From an uncultured Prochlorococcus sp. (GTDB lineage Bacteria > Cyanobacteriota > Cyanobacteriia > PCC-6307 > Cyanobiaceae), in contig CACEFS010000001.1 of the NCBI GenBank assembly GCA_902558895.1, positions 20,495 through 84,494 on the forward strand: 64,000 bases of DNA. The letters are read 5' to 3'. Positions within the stretch are counted from its first letter, which is position 1; each line of letters starts with the position of its first letter. Below, piece after piece: positions 52,087-60,327 of the stretch. The position numbers were made by a program, and so were the translations under genes. The notes below the pieces were generated by a model. The model saw nothing but the letters and a program-made list of their open reading frames with translations. It ran no database searches and was not told the origin of the DNA.

Positions 52087-54369
52087 ATGAAAAAAACCCT
52101 AGCTATTGCAAGTTTTTCAGCATTACTTGCAATTGTCTCCTCCTCTACAAGTAGCGGATTTGCAAATTGGAATACAAAATATTGGGCAAATGAAAAAAAC
52201 TTTAACAGAATTTCTTCCTTCAACGTAAGTGACAATTTACCAAAGGGCTCAAAATCTACAACCAAAACATCATCTGAAGTAGTTACAGCATCAGAAGATG
52301 GAAAGACATTGATGTATACAGATAGTGATTTAGGAGTAGTTGGTTTAGTTGACATTTCTGATCCTGCGAAACCAAAAGCTCTTGGGATTGTAGAGCTTGA
52401 AGCAGAACCAACTGGAATTGCAGCGCTTGGAAACAATGCTTATATAGGTTTAAATACATCTGAAAGTTATACAAATCCTTCTGGAGCAATAGTTCAATAC
52501 AATATAGAAACAAGAAAAGCAGTAAAAGAATGTAATTTAGGTGGCCAGCCTGACAGTGTCTTTGTTTCACCAGACGAAACCTTTTTAGCTGTCTCTATCG
52601 AGAATGAGAGGGATGAAGAATATAAAGATGGATCTATCCCTCAATTAGATGAGGAGGGTAAACAAATTAATCCTCCAGGTTATGTTTCTCTTGTGAAGTT
52701 AAACAAAAGAGGAAAAATACAATGTAATTCAATAAAAAAAGTAGATTTAACAGGCTTATCTGAAATTGCTCCTAGCGATCCCGAACCAGAATTCGTTGCT
52801 ATTAATGACCTTGGTGAAACTGTTGTTTCTCTTCAAGAGAACAACCATCTTGCAGTAATTGATAAAGAGGGAAATGTAATATCACATTTCTCGGCAGGAA
52901 TTGTAAAACAAATGGCAGGAATGGATACAAAGAAAGATGGAGCACATAAATTCAAGAAAAAACTAAAAAATGTAAGAAGAGAGCCAGACGGTCTAACATG
53001 GATTGATAATGATCATTTCGCAACAGCAAATGAAGGCGATTACAAGCATATTGATCCCAAACAAGCAAAAAGAGGTGGTTCAAGATCTTGGACTATTTTC
53101 AAAAAAGATGGAACAGTAGTATATGAAGATGCAAATAGATTAGAAAGAGCAATTGCTCAAATAGGCCATTTCCAAGATGGGAGAGCTGGTAAAAAAGGTG
53201 TAGAACCTGAATCAGTTACATTCTCTAAAATTGATGGAACACCATATTTATTCGTTGGAGCAGAAAGAGCAGGAATAGTAGCTGTATATGATATTACAGA
53301 ACTAAATCAACCTTTACTTACTCAATTACTTCCATCAGGCATTGGGCCAGAGGGATTTGTCGCGATTCCGGAGAGGGGATTAATTGCCTCAGCAAATGAA
53401 AAAGATTACAACAAAAAAGAACCTGGTTTATCTTCTCATGTAACTATTTATCAACTACAAGACGCTCCTGCTTCTTACCCACATTTAACAAATGAAAATG
53501 GCCTTGAATTTGTATCTTGGGGTGCGATAAGTGGAATGGTGGCTGGTGATGACGGTAAGATTTATGCTGTTAATGATGGGACTTTTAAAACTCAGCCAAG
53601 AATTTACGTTATCGATCCTTCATCTTCGCCAGCACTATTAGAAAGAGCTATCGATATAAAGCAAGATGGTAAGACTGCATTATTTATGGATCAAGAGGGT
53701 ATTACTACTGATGGGAATGGTGGGTTCTACATTTCTACTGAAGGAATCAAGAAAAAGCTAGGTGAATATCCTCCTGCAATTTACCATGTAAGCTCAGATG
53801 GTGAAATTTTAGAGAAGATAACTCCACCACCTTCATATCTTAATTATGCTAAAAACCCTGGTTTTGAAGGCATAACAAGAAATGGGGATATTCTTTATAT
53901 TGCTCAACAGAAGCCTTGGGGTGATGATACTTTCAATACTACTAAGATTCTTTCCTATAATTTAAAAACTAAACAGTGGGGGGCCGTAAATTATCAATTA
54001 GATAGGATCAAAAAAGGTGGAGTTGGCATTTCAGAATTGACTTACCATGACGGGGCACTTTATGTAATCGAAAGAGATAGTTTCTACGGAAAGAAAGCAA
54101 AATTGAAAGCTATATATAAAATAGATTTAGATGATGTCATTTTCGAAGGTCTTCAAACTAATATTCCTCCCAGACTTTATCCCTTAGTTGAAAAAGAGTT
54201 AGTTACTGATCTAAAACCAGTAATGAAATCTACTGGTGGTTTTATCCTTGAAAAGGTCGAAGGTTTAGCAATCACAAACGACGGACAAGCATGGATTTCA
54301 ACTGACAACGACGGGACTGGAAAGAAATCAACTGGTGAAACTCTTTTCCTAAATATTGGAAAAATCTAG
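52087..54369 (+). CDS. phoA: Atypical secreted alkaline phosphatase (beta-propeller plus phytase-like esterase domain)
   Basis: Signal peptide; GGQPDS, DPEPEF, LQENN, TANEGD and GVEPES motifs, then DQEGI, GFEGI, GISEL, KVEGL and STDNDG. Position matches the Prochlorococcus pho cluster. Confidence 0.8.
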   Translation: MKKTLAIASFSALLAIVSSSTSSGFANWNTKYWANEKNFNRISSFNVSDNLPKGSKSTTKTSSEVVTASEDGKTLMYTDSDLGVVGLVDISDPAKPKALGIVELEAEPTGIAALGNNAYIGLNTSESYTNPSGAIVQYNIETRKAVKECNLGGQPDSVFVSPDETFLAVSIENERDEEYKDGSIPQLDEEGKQINPPGYVSLVKLNKRGKIQCNSIKKVDLTGLSEIAPSDPEPEFVAINDLGETVVSLQENNHLAVIDKEGNVISHFSAGIVKQMAGMDTKKDGAHKFKKKLKNVRREPDGLTWIDNDHFATANEGDYKHIDPKQAKRGGSRSWTIFKKDGTVVYEDANRLERAIAQIGHFQDGRAGKKGVEPESVTFSKIDGTPYLFVGAERAGIVAVYDITELNQPLLTQLLPSGIGPEGFVAIPERGLIASANEKDYNKKEPGLSSHVTIYQLQDAPASYPHLTNENGLEFVSWGAISGMVAGDDGKIYAVNDGTFKTQPRIYVIDPSSSPALLERAIDIKQDGKTALFMDQEGITTDGNGGFYISTEGIKKKLGEYPPAIYHVSSDGEILEKITPPPSYLNYAKNPGFEGITRNGDILYIAQQKPWGDDTFNTTKILSYNLKTKQWGAVNYQLDRIKKGGVGISELTYHDGALYVIERDSFYGKKAKLKAIYKIDLDDVIFEGLQTNIPPRLYPLVEKELVTDLKPVMKSTGGFILEKVEGLAITNDGQAWISTDNDGTGKKSTGETLFLNIGKI

Positions 54370-54380
54370 TTAAAACTTCT

Positions 54381-54415
54381 AAAAAAAGCCACCATATATA
54401 AATGGTGGTTTTTTT
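54381..54415 (+). terminator. Intrinsic terminator after phoA
   Basis: A7-GCCACCAT-ATATAA-ATGGTGGT followed by a T-run. Confidence 0.85.
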
Positions 54416-54445
54416 GTAGTTCTTATAATTAAAAAAAGTTAAATC

Positions 54446-54772
54446 ATGAAATACCTAATATTTATTATTTTATTCATCGCCCCAGTTAAAGCTGAAACAA
54501 AATACTATTGGCAGGGTGTAAGGCATTATTTAAATCGACCCAAACTAATGATAGAAGCATGCAAAGATATGAAAGAAGAAAATGACATTGGAACATCTGC
54601 TTTCGAGAGTATGTACATGCCAACATTACCTGATAGGCTTTGGTTAGCTATTGGCAAAAGAGATTCTTATTGGGCAGATGACTCCAAAGAAGGAAGCATT
54701 CTTTTTACAAGAGAAGGGGTTTTGAATTTAAAAAAATTTATTGCAGAAAAATCATGTCCTAATATTTTTTAA
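54446..54772 (+). CDS. Exported hypothetical protein
   Basis: Signal peptide MKYLIFIILFIAPVKA; two Cys; TATAAT at about 54424. Confidence 0.68.
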   Translation: MKYLIFIILFIAPVKAETKYYWQGVRHYLNRPKLMIEACKDMKEENDIGTSAFESMYMPTLPDRLWLAIGKRDSYWADDSKEGSILFTREGVLNLKKFIAEKSCPNIF

Positions 54773-54782
54773 ATTTTCCCTA

Positions 54783-55940
54783 TCAATCTGTATTAAGACA
54801 CGGAAAGATAGTTTCAATAATCGCTCCACCATCTTTATGATTAAATGCCTTTATAAAACCTTTATTGTTATTAATTATTTTTTTTGTAATTGAAAGACCT
54901 AAACCACTTCCACTTTTCTTAAATTTAGTCCTTGATGGATCCCCACGATAAAAACGAGAAAAAATATCACTAGATTCATTTTCCTCTAATCCAATACCTT
55001 TATCTCTAACTCTGATAACAACAGAGCTATCTCTCTTAAAAATTTCAATTTGTATGTCCTCATTTGTTGGAGAGTAACGAATAGAATTATCTAAAATATT
55101 TATAAATGCTCTCTTTAAATTTTCAATATCACCAGATATATAATATTTTGTTGGTATAAATAAATTTATTTTTATATCTTTTTTTTCTGCAAGCGGTTTT
55201 AAGGTTTGCCAAGATTCCATAACCAAATCTGAAATAGATATTTTTTTGTTTTTTTTAAAAGCTTCGCTACTTTCTAGCTTAGAAAGCTCTAAAGTCTCTT
55301 CGGCCATTTTTCTTAATCTCTTTGACTCTTTCTTAAGCCTTTTAACAAGATACCTATCCTTTTTTGATACTACTGATTCAAGTCTTTCCCCAATTAAAAT
55401 AAGTGATGTAAGAGGCGTTTTCAGTTCATGAGACACATCATTAATTAATTGATTTTGCCTTTTTTTTATGGATTCAATTGATAATTTACTTTCCAACAAT
55501 ATTAAATAGTTCTTTTTCCTTCCTCTAACAATATTTGCCCAAATGGGTACTCCCGCAATTGTGAAATCAAGGTTGAATGGGAAATCTTTTTTTCTTAAAT
55601 ATAGAATTTTATTACTAAGTACTTCAAGCTCATTAATATCATTAATTGCTTTTCCAATAAGATCTTTATATTTAATAACCCTAATAAGAGATAAAGCTTT
55701 CTGATTGATAAATTTTATTGTTAGATCAGATGATAAAATTATCCACCCTTGCGATGAATAATCTAACCAAGACAATACTTCTTGAGGTCTAATTTTATCA
55801 AATGGGAAATCAATAGTTTTTTTATACTTATTTTTATCAACTTCAAATTTTTTTTCTTTTGATTGAGAAAAATGCTTGACTTTTATTTTCCACTTCTGAT
55901 GTAAAAAAAATAATACTTCTTGTAGTGTTTTCATTTTCAT
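54783..55940 (-). CDS. phoR: Phosphate-regulon sensor histidine kinase
   Basis: H-box SHELKTPL, N-box NILDNSIRY, DKGIG and GSGLGLS; intact and overlapping the phoB stop. Confidence 0.92.
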   Translation of the reverse strand: MKMKTLQEVLFFLHQKWKIKVKHFSQSKEKKFEVDKNKYKKTIDFPFDKIRPQEVLSWLDYSSQGWIILSSDLTIKFINQKALSLIRVIKYKDLIGKAINDINELEVLSNKILYLRKKDFPFNLDFTIAGVPIWANIVRGRKKNYLILLESKLSIESIKKRQNQLINDVSHELKTPLTSLILIGERLESVVSKKDRYLVKRLKKESKRLRKMAEETLELSKLESSEAFKKNKKISISDLVMESWQTLKPLAEKKDIKINLFIPTKYYISGDIENLKRAFINILDNSIRYSPTNEDIQIEIFKRDSSVVIRVRDKGIGLEENESSDIFSRFYRGDPSRTKFKKSGSGLGLSITKKIINNNKGFIKAFNHKDGGAIIETIFPCLNTD

Positions 55941-56680
55941 CCAAACTTATATCCAAAACCTCTTACAGTTTTAAGAAACTTTGGAGCTGAGGGATCTTCT
56001 TCTAATTTCTCTCTGAGCCACCTAACATGAACATCTACAGTTTTAGTATCACCAATAAAGTCAATTTCCCAAATTTTTTCAAGTATTAAATCTCTTGACC
56101 ATACCCTTTTTGGATTTTTCATAAATAACTCTAATAATTTAAATTCTTTTGGAGATAATGTTATTTCTCTATCAAAAGAAGTTACCCTACATTCTTCCAA
56201 AAACATTTTTATATGATTAAACTCGAGAACAGTTTTTGATTTTTCTATATATTTTTTATTACGTTTAGATCTTCTTATTAAGGCTCTAGATCTAGCAATT
56301 AATTCATTTAAACCAAAAGGTTTTGTTAAATAATCATCTGCACCAACCTCTAATCCAAGAACCCTGTCTGATTCATTATCTTTAGCACTTAAAATTAGTA
56401 TGGGTATATAATTTTCTTCATTTCTTATTTTTCTACATAACTCTAATCCATTTAACCCTGGCAACATTAAATCGAGAATTATTAGGTCAGCATCATTTTT
56501 TGAATCATTAGTAATAAAATCTAATGCAGTTAAACCATCTTTGAAACTTGATACTCTAAAACCTTCGCTGCTCAAGGATTCACTGACTGTAAGCCTAATA
56601 CTCTTATCATCCTCTACAAGAAGAATTCTTGAGTCTTGCAAACTTTTATGATCTTTAATAGCCATTGAAAGTTCCAACAA
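55937..56680 (-). CDS. phoB: Phosphate-regulon response regulator (OmpR family)
   Basis: LLVEDD, ILDLMLPG, GADDYLTKPF, KTVDVHVRWLREKLE and TVRGFGY. Likely start is the Met at 56665. Confidence 0.93.
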   Translation of the reverse strand: MLELSMAIKDHKSLQDSRILLVEDDKSIRLTVSESLSSEGFRVSSFKDGLTALDFITNDSKNDADLIILDLMLPGLNGLELCRKIRNEENYIPILILSAKDNESDRVLGLEVGADDYLTKPFGLNELIARSRALIRRSKRNKKYIEKSKTVLEFNHIKMFLEECRVTSFDREITLSPKEFKLLELFMKNPKRVWSRDLILEKIWEIDFIGDTKTVDVHVRWLREKLEEDPSAPKFLKTVRGFGYKFG

Positions 56681-56761
56681 TTTTATTTTATATAATCAAA
56701 ATTATTTGATCTAATTATTTCATAATTAATTTACATTGAATTATTATTTTATTTATTTAAT

Positions 56762-56805
56762 CTTATTTCCTTTTTAATTTTCCCTTAAACCCTTTTTTCT
56801 ATATT
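56762..56805 (+). promoter_or_regulatory. Pho-box-like promoter divergent from phoB
   Basis: CTTATTTC (56762), TTTAATTT (56773) and CTTAAACC (56784) at 11-bp phase, an 8-nt gap, then -10 TATATT at 56800. Confidence 0.45.
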
Positions 56806-56809
56806 TAAA

Positions 56810-56860
56810 TTGTCTCTTTAAACTTCCTCACACAAAATTTTAAAGAGACAAATTTATTGT
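56810..56860 (+). ncRNA. Candidate Yfr1/Yfr10-like small RNA
   Basis: Perfect 13-bp stem TTGTCTCTTTAAA (56810-22) / TTTAAAGAGACAA (56839-51) with loop CTTCCTCACACAAAAT, resembling the Yfr1 motif ACUCCUCACAC. Confidence 0.5.
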
Positions 56861-56881
56861 ATTTAATAATAGATATTAAAA

Positions 56882-57049
56882 CTAATATCCCATCGAAGCG
56901 TAATAATAATCGTCATCTTCATCTATATTCGTCACTACCCATTCTGGCAGAAAGTCACCAATTTTTACATATTGATAAAGCTTATCAACATCAGGATCGT
57001 AATAAGTATCGTTGATTTTTGGATCTTTGACTACTTTGCTTGGATGCAT
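56882..57049 (-). CDS. 55-aa acidic, Tyr-rich micro-protein
   Basis: MHPSKVVKDPKINDTYYDPDVDKLYQYVKIGDFLPEWVVTNIDEDDDYYYASMGY*; not in the ORF track. Confidence 0.7.
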   Translation of the reverse strand: MHPSKVVKDPKINDTYYDPDVDKLYQYVKIGDFLPEWVVTNIDEDDDYYYASMGY

Positions 57050-57161
57050 AATAAAAATTATTTCTACTCAATCATTTTAAATTACTTAGTTTAAAGCACC
57101 TTTAAATCTCATTTAAAAATTTCCTTTTAATATGAATTATTTTTTTTAAAAAAGCCTTTAT

Positions 57162-57530
57162 TTAGAGTTTAATTTTTGTTTTTACTCTGTTTTTATTTTG
57201 AGATTTGAATTCAAAAATTCCCGTATCAGTAAAAATGGTCAACTCATCTCCTGATGTTTCTTCAATTGCAATTCCTTCAGATTCTAAATTTTTTACATTT
57301 ACATTACCAATAAGTTTTAGAGATTTATCATCTTTGTCAAAAGAAAGCTTGTCTGAATAAGCCTCAAAATTACCACTATTACTTTTAATAACTACATTTC
57401 CCGTAGCCTCTAAATCACCTTCTAAAGTATTTATTTGAGAATCAGATGTAATTGTGTAGTTAGTTAATTCCTCAGCGAAAGAGAATTCAGCTAATAGAAA
57501 CAACAACGATGAAAGAAGTATTTTTTTCAT
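57162..57530 (-). CDS. LptA/OstA-like beta-jellyroll periplasmic protein
   Basis: Signal peptide ending SFA; ITSDSQ...ATGNVVI...AYSDKLSF...LIGNVNV repeats. Confidence 0.7.
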   Translation of the reverse strand: MKKILLSSLLFLLAEFSFAEELTNYTITSDSQINTLEGDLEATGNVVIKSNSGNFEAYSDKLSFDKDDKSLKLIGNVNVKNLESEGIAIEETSGDELTIFTDTGIFEFKSQNKNRVKTKIKL

Positions 57531-57884
57531 TTACTCCCAACCCTTTTCTGCATTTTGAATAATCCATTGTGCAAGAACCTTATCCTCTCCATCCTTCAAT
57601 TTATTTTTATAACCTTTCATAAAACCAATCCCTTCATTGGCAATTTTTGCTATTGAATTCTCATCTGCTATTTCTCTTTTTACAAGGTCGGAAAGTTTTA
57701 ATGATTTGGATCCTTTAAGAACGACTGAACCACCTCTTACATGGCAGCCTGCACAAACATTTCTAAAAATTGTTTCTCCATTTCTAATATCAGAAGCCAT
57801 TAGATATCTATTTTGCAAAGAGGTTTGAAAAATAATTAATAAAGTTATTACAGGAATTACGAATAGAAATTTAAATATTTTCAT
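57531..57884 (-). CDS. Cytochrome c6-like class I cytochrome
   Basis: Signal peptide, GETIFRNVCAGCH, axial Met in GIGFMKGY and C-terminal AEKGW. Confidence 0.88.
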   Translation of the reverse strand: MKIFKFLFVIPVITLLIIFQTSLQNRYLMASDIRNGETIFRNVCAGCHVRGGSVVLKGSKSLKLSDLVKREIADENSIAKIANEGIGFMKGYKNKLKDGEDKVLAQWIIQNAEKGWE

Positions 57885-57904
57885 TTGATCTAGTTGACCT
57901 AAGA

Positions 57905-58306
57905 CTAATTTAACTTGTAATTAGTCTTGATCGTTTTAATTACCGATTTTTTAGGATCTTTATTTGGATAACAATTAACAATTCTATATTTACCACCTTT
58001 TCTATCTGTCTCAACAAGAGTAAATTGAACAAATTTTTCTTTTTCAGCACTTGAAAAATCTTGGACTTCTATTTTGATGATCTCTTCATTTTTACTATCA
58101 ATTATTCTGGATTTACCTCCACAAAGAAGAACAGCAGTTTCTTTCGTTACATAAAATAATTTTTTTTCATCTTTAATGGATGATTTATCTTTCTTAATTG
58201 AAATTGAATTTTGTGTAATCGATATTTCATCTTGGGTAATGGGTAATTCTTCTTTTGGACTACAAGCAGTAACAATAATGATAGATAAAACTAATAGCTT
58301 TTTCAT
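57905..58306 (-). CDS. Lipoprotein, unknown function
   Basis: Lipobox VTAC; two further Cys. Confidence 0.7.
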   Translation of the reverse strand: MKKLLVLSIIIVTACSPKEELPITQDEISITQNSISIKKDKSSIKDEKKLFYVTKETAVLLCGGKSRIIDSKNEEIIKIEVQDFSSAEKEKFVQFTLVETDRKGGKYRIVNCYPNKDPKKSVIKTIKTNYKLN

Positions 58307-58312
58307 GATTTT

Positions 58313-58465
58313 TTAGATGATAAATTCACTAATAATTTTTTCTAATTGACTTTTATTTAGTTTAATAAGATAGTTTTGGATTTCCTTTCTAAATAGTCTA
58401 TCTTCAACTCTTTTAGTTTGAAGAATCGAAAGAGTGATGAAGTTAACAAGTTGTTTTTTATCCAT
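58313..58465 (-). CDS. 50-aa hypothetical protein
   Basis: MDKKQLVNFITLSILQTKRVEDRLFRKEIQNYLIKLNKSQLEKIISEFII*; 6 nt upstream of the lipoprotein gene. Confidence 0.6.
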   Translation of the reverse strand: MDKKQLVNFITLSILQTKRVEDRLFRKEIQNYLIKLNKSQLEKIISEFII

Positions 58466-58633
58466 ACATATTTTCTAAATCCCTATTGTTAAATCATATT
58501 TAAATTTTGATTAAGCTAAGAAATAACAACAAATATCTATTTTAGAAATTTAAGCCATTTAAAAAAAATTTATTTTTTAATTAATCATTACTTAATCCAA
58601 GAAACCTAAATTTGTTATGTATAAAATATTAAA

Positions 58634-58888
58634 ATGTCTTTAAAAAACTTATCTTCAAAAAGGAATAACCAAAAAAAAGTCGGAACAGAATTTTCAAGAG
58701 ACTTTCATAAAGAAAGCTTTGAGAATAAAGATAAATTTTTCTTAAATGATTCAGTATTTATTGAGAATTACGATAACGCCCTAAAATCACCTCAGTCAAG
58801 GAGACTATATAAATTACTAGAGAGTGAAGTTCAAACAGACACAATCAAGGTCCAAAATATTTTACCTCTAGATATAATTTTTATTTAA
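58634..58888 (+). CDS. Hypothetical protein
   Basis: 84-aa ORF with ATG start; no recognisable motif. Confidence 0.5.
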   Translation: MSLKNLSSKRNNQKKVGTEFSRDFHKESFENKDKFFLNDSVFIENYDNALKSPQSRRLYKLLESEVQTDTIKVQNILPLDIIFI

Positions 58889-59072
58889 AATCCTTTCCTT
58901 AAAAACTACTTTTGAAGAATTTTTCTTCACTCAATAAAGACACATTTTCCTAGTGGTATTAGATCTTAAAAACTACTTGATTTTTAATTTTTTCCAAAGT
59001 GAAGAGCCACAAGATTCAATAATAAAAACTATAAAAACAAATTACAAATTAAATAATTAGAAGATTTTTTGA

Positions 59073-59309
59073 GTGAGAGACTTGCTTTTAGAAAATAAAG
59101 TGAATATAAAGACAATGATAATTCCAATGGAATCAATTAAAACCCCAAAAAGAATTATTAAGAAACAGCTTAAAAATGTTAATAAAGCAATTATTGAAAT
59201 TGCAGAAATGAAATTTGTAAATATTGAAGAAAAAAAAGAAAAATTAGATGCGCTTGTTTTTTTAAAGAATCAAATATTGAGGAAGGAGGAGAAGTTAGAA
59301 ATTAAATAA
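59073..59309 (+). CDS. Hypothetical coiled-coil protein
   Basis: ORF track; the start is probably a downstream Met. Confidence 0.45.
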   Translation: MRDLLLENKVNIKTMIIPMESIKTPKRIIKKQLKNVNKAIIEIAEMKFVNIEEKKEKLDALVFLKNQILRKEEKLEIK

Positions 59310-59334
59310 CTAAATAATTGTAGATATTGAATCT

Positions 59335-59577
59335 TTATTTTTTTGTATCAACTACATTCTTAAAGAAATCGCAATAAGCCATTAATTCTGACTCGGTTTC
59401 GATTTTGAGATTTAAATCGTTAATTGCCTTCTTGGTATCAATTCTGTAGCCATACCAATCTAAACAAACTTCTCTCTGCCTTTGGGTTTCTGAAACTGAG
59501 ATCGGATCTGTTATTGAAGTCTTGGAACAACCCCAAATGAAAATAATTAAAGGGATGTAGAAAATTCCTGGTTTCAT
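59335..59577 (-). CDS. Small lipoprotein
   Basis: Lipobox-like IWGC; CLDW...AYCDFF Cys pair. Confidence 0.65.
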   Translation of the reverse strand: MKPGIFYIPLIIFIWGCSKTSITDPISVSETQRQREVCLDWYGYRIDTKKAINDLNLKIETESELMAYCDFFKNVVDTKK

Positions 59578-59598
59578 TTCTTAATCTCAATAAGTTTT

Positions 59599-59885
59599 CT
59601 ATGATTCTGAATAAGTCCAAGAAGATTCTTCCATAGTTGAAAGATCGACTCTATGCGTTGCCATCCAATCACCATTAGCTTCAACAAACTTTTAACATTA
59701 CCTTCTGGAGCCTGATGAATGACAATAACTTTTCGAGGATCTTTTTTGTTTACACCTCTAAATAGTGGCTTAATAAGAAATTCAGAATGTCTTTTATCAG
59801 CTTCTGCGCTATCAAATATTGCTGCCCATTCTTCGAAAGTACTTTCAATTTTGAATGTAAAAATAGAGGTTACTCAGCTAGTCAT
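59599..59885 (-). pseudogene. DUF3764-like pseudogene (premature stop plus -1 frameshift)
   Basis: ATG ACT AGC TGA, then VTSIFTFKIESTFEEWAAIFDS...KPLFRG...KVIVIHQAPEGNV. After a 1-nt loss at about 59693 it continues KFVEANGDWMATHRVDLSTMEESSWT. Span is 287 nt = 96 codons minus 1. Confidence 0.75.
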
Positions 59886-60004
59886 AAAAAAAGGTATAGG
59901 TTTATATTCTAGATTGATTGTCAATTAAAGCTTTGTTAAGTAAGGGTTAAGGATATTATTTAAATATTAATCTAGAGTTTAAATTAATATTTTTGGATTA
60001 AAAA

Positions 60005-60245
60005 ATGGCTTAAAAAAGATACTAAAAAAGACAATAAAAAAGATTTTATAAAGCATAAAGCAATGTTCGCTTATGGAGTTATTCAATTAGGTGCAAAAGT
60101 TGTGTCTCCTGTTGCATTAGTAGCTATAGCTCTAGGCTTTTGCTCATTAAAAAAAGAATCAAATTTCTTTAATGAATGTGTTGAAGAAATTAAAGCTACT
60201 GATTCACCAACAGCTGATTCGGTTCGTTTTTGTACAGGTGGTTAA
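60005..60245 (+). pseudogene. Small membrane protein gene with a +1 frameshift near the start (or intact from the internal Met at 60063)
   Basis: ATG GCT T AAA AAA GAT ACT...CAT AAA GCA ATG TTC: removing one T joins MA-KKDTKKDNKKDFIKHKA to MFAYGVIQLG...VRFCTGG. Confidence 0.5.
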
Positions 60246-60327
60246 TTATATGAAATAAAAGTAATATTTTCATTTGATTTATTTCACTCACTATTAATTT
60301 AGCAATTAATTCCGAACCTCGATCAAT

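Noticed and set aside
59874-59876. In-frame TGA as possible selenocysteine or readthrough
   Set aside because: The same gene also has a frameshift, and no SECIS-like hairpin follows; decay is the simpler explanation.
59438-59928. ORFs 59438..59620 (-) and 59719..59928 (+)
   Set aside because: Alternative-frame or antisense shadows of the lipoprotein gene and the DUF3764-like pseudogene.
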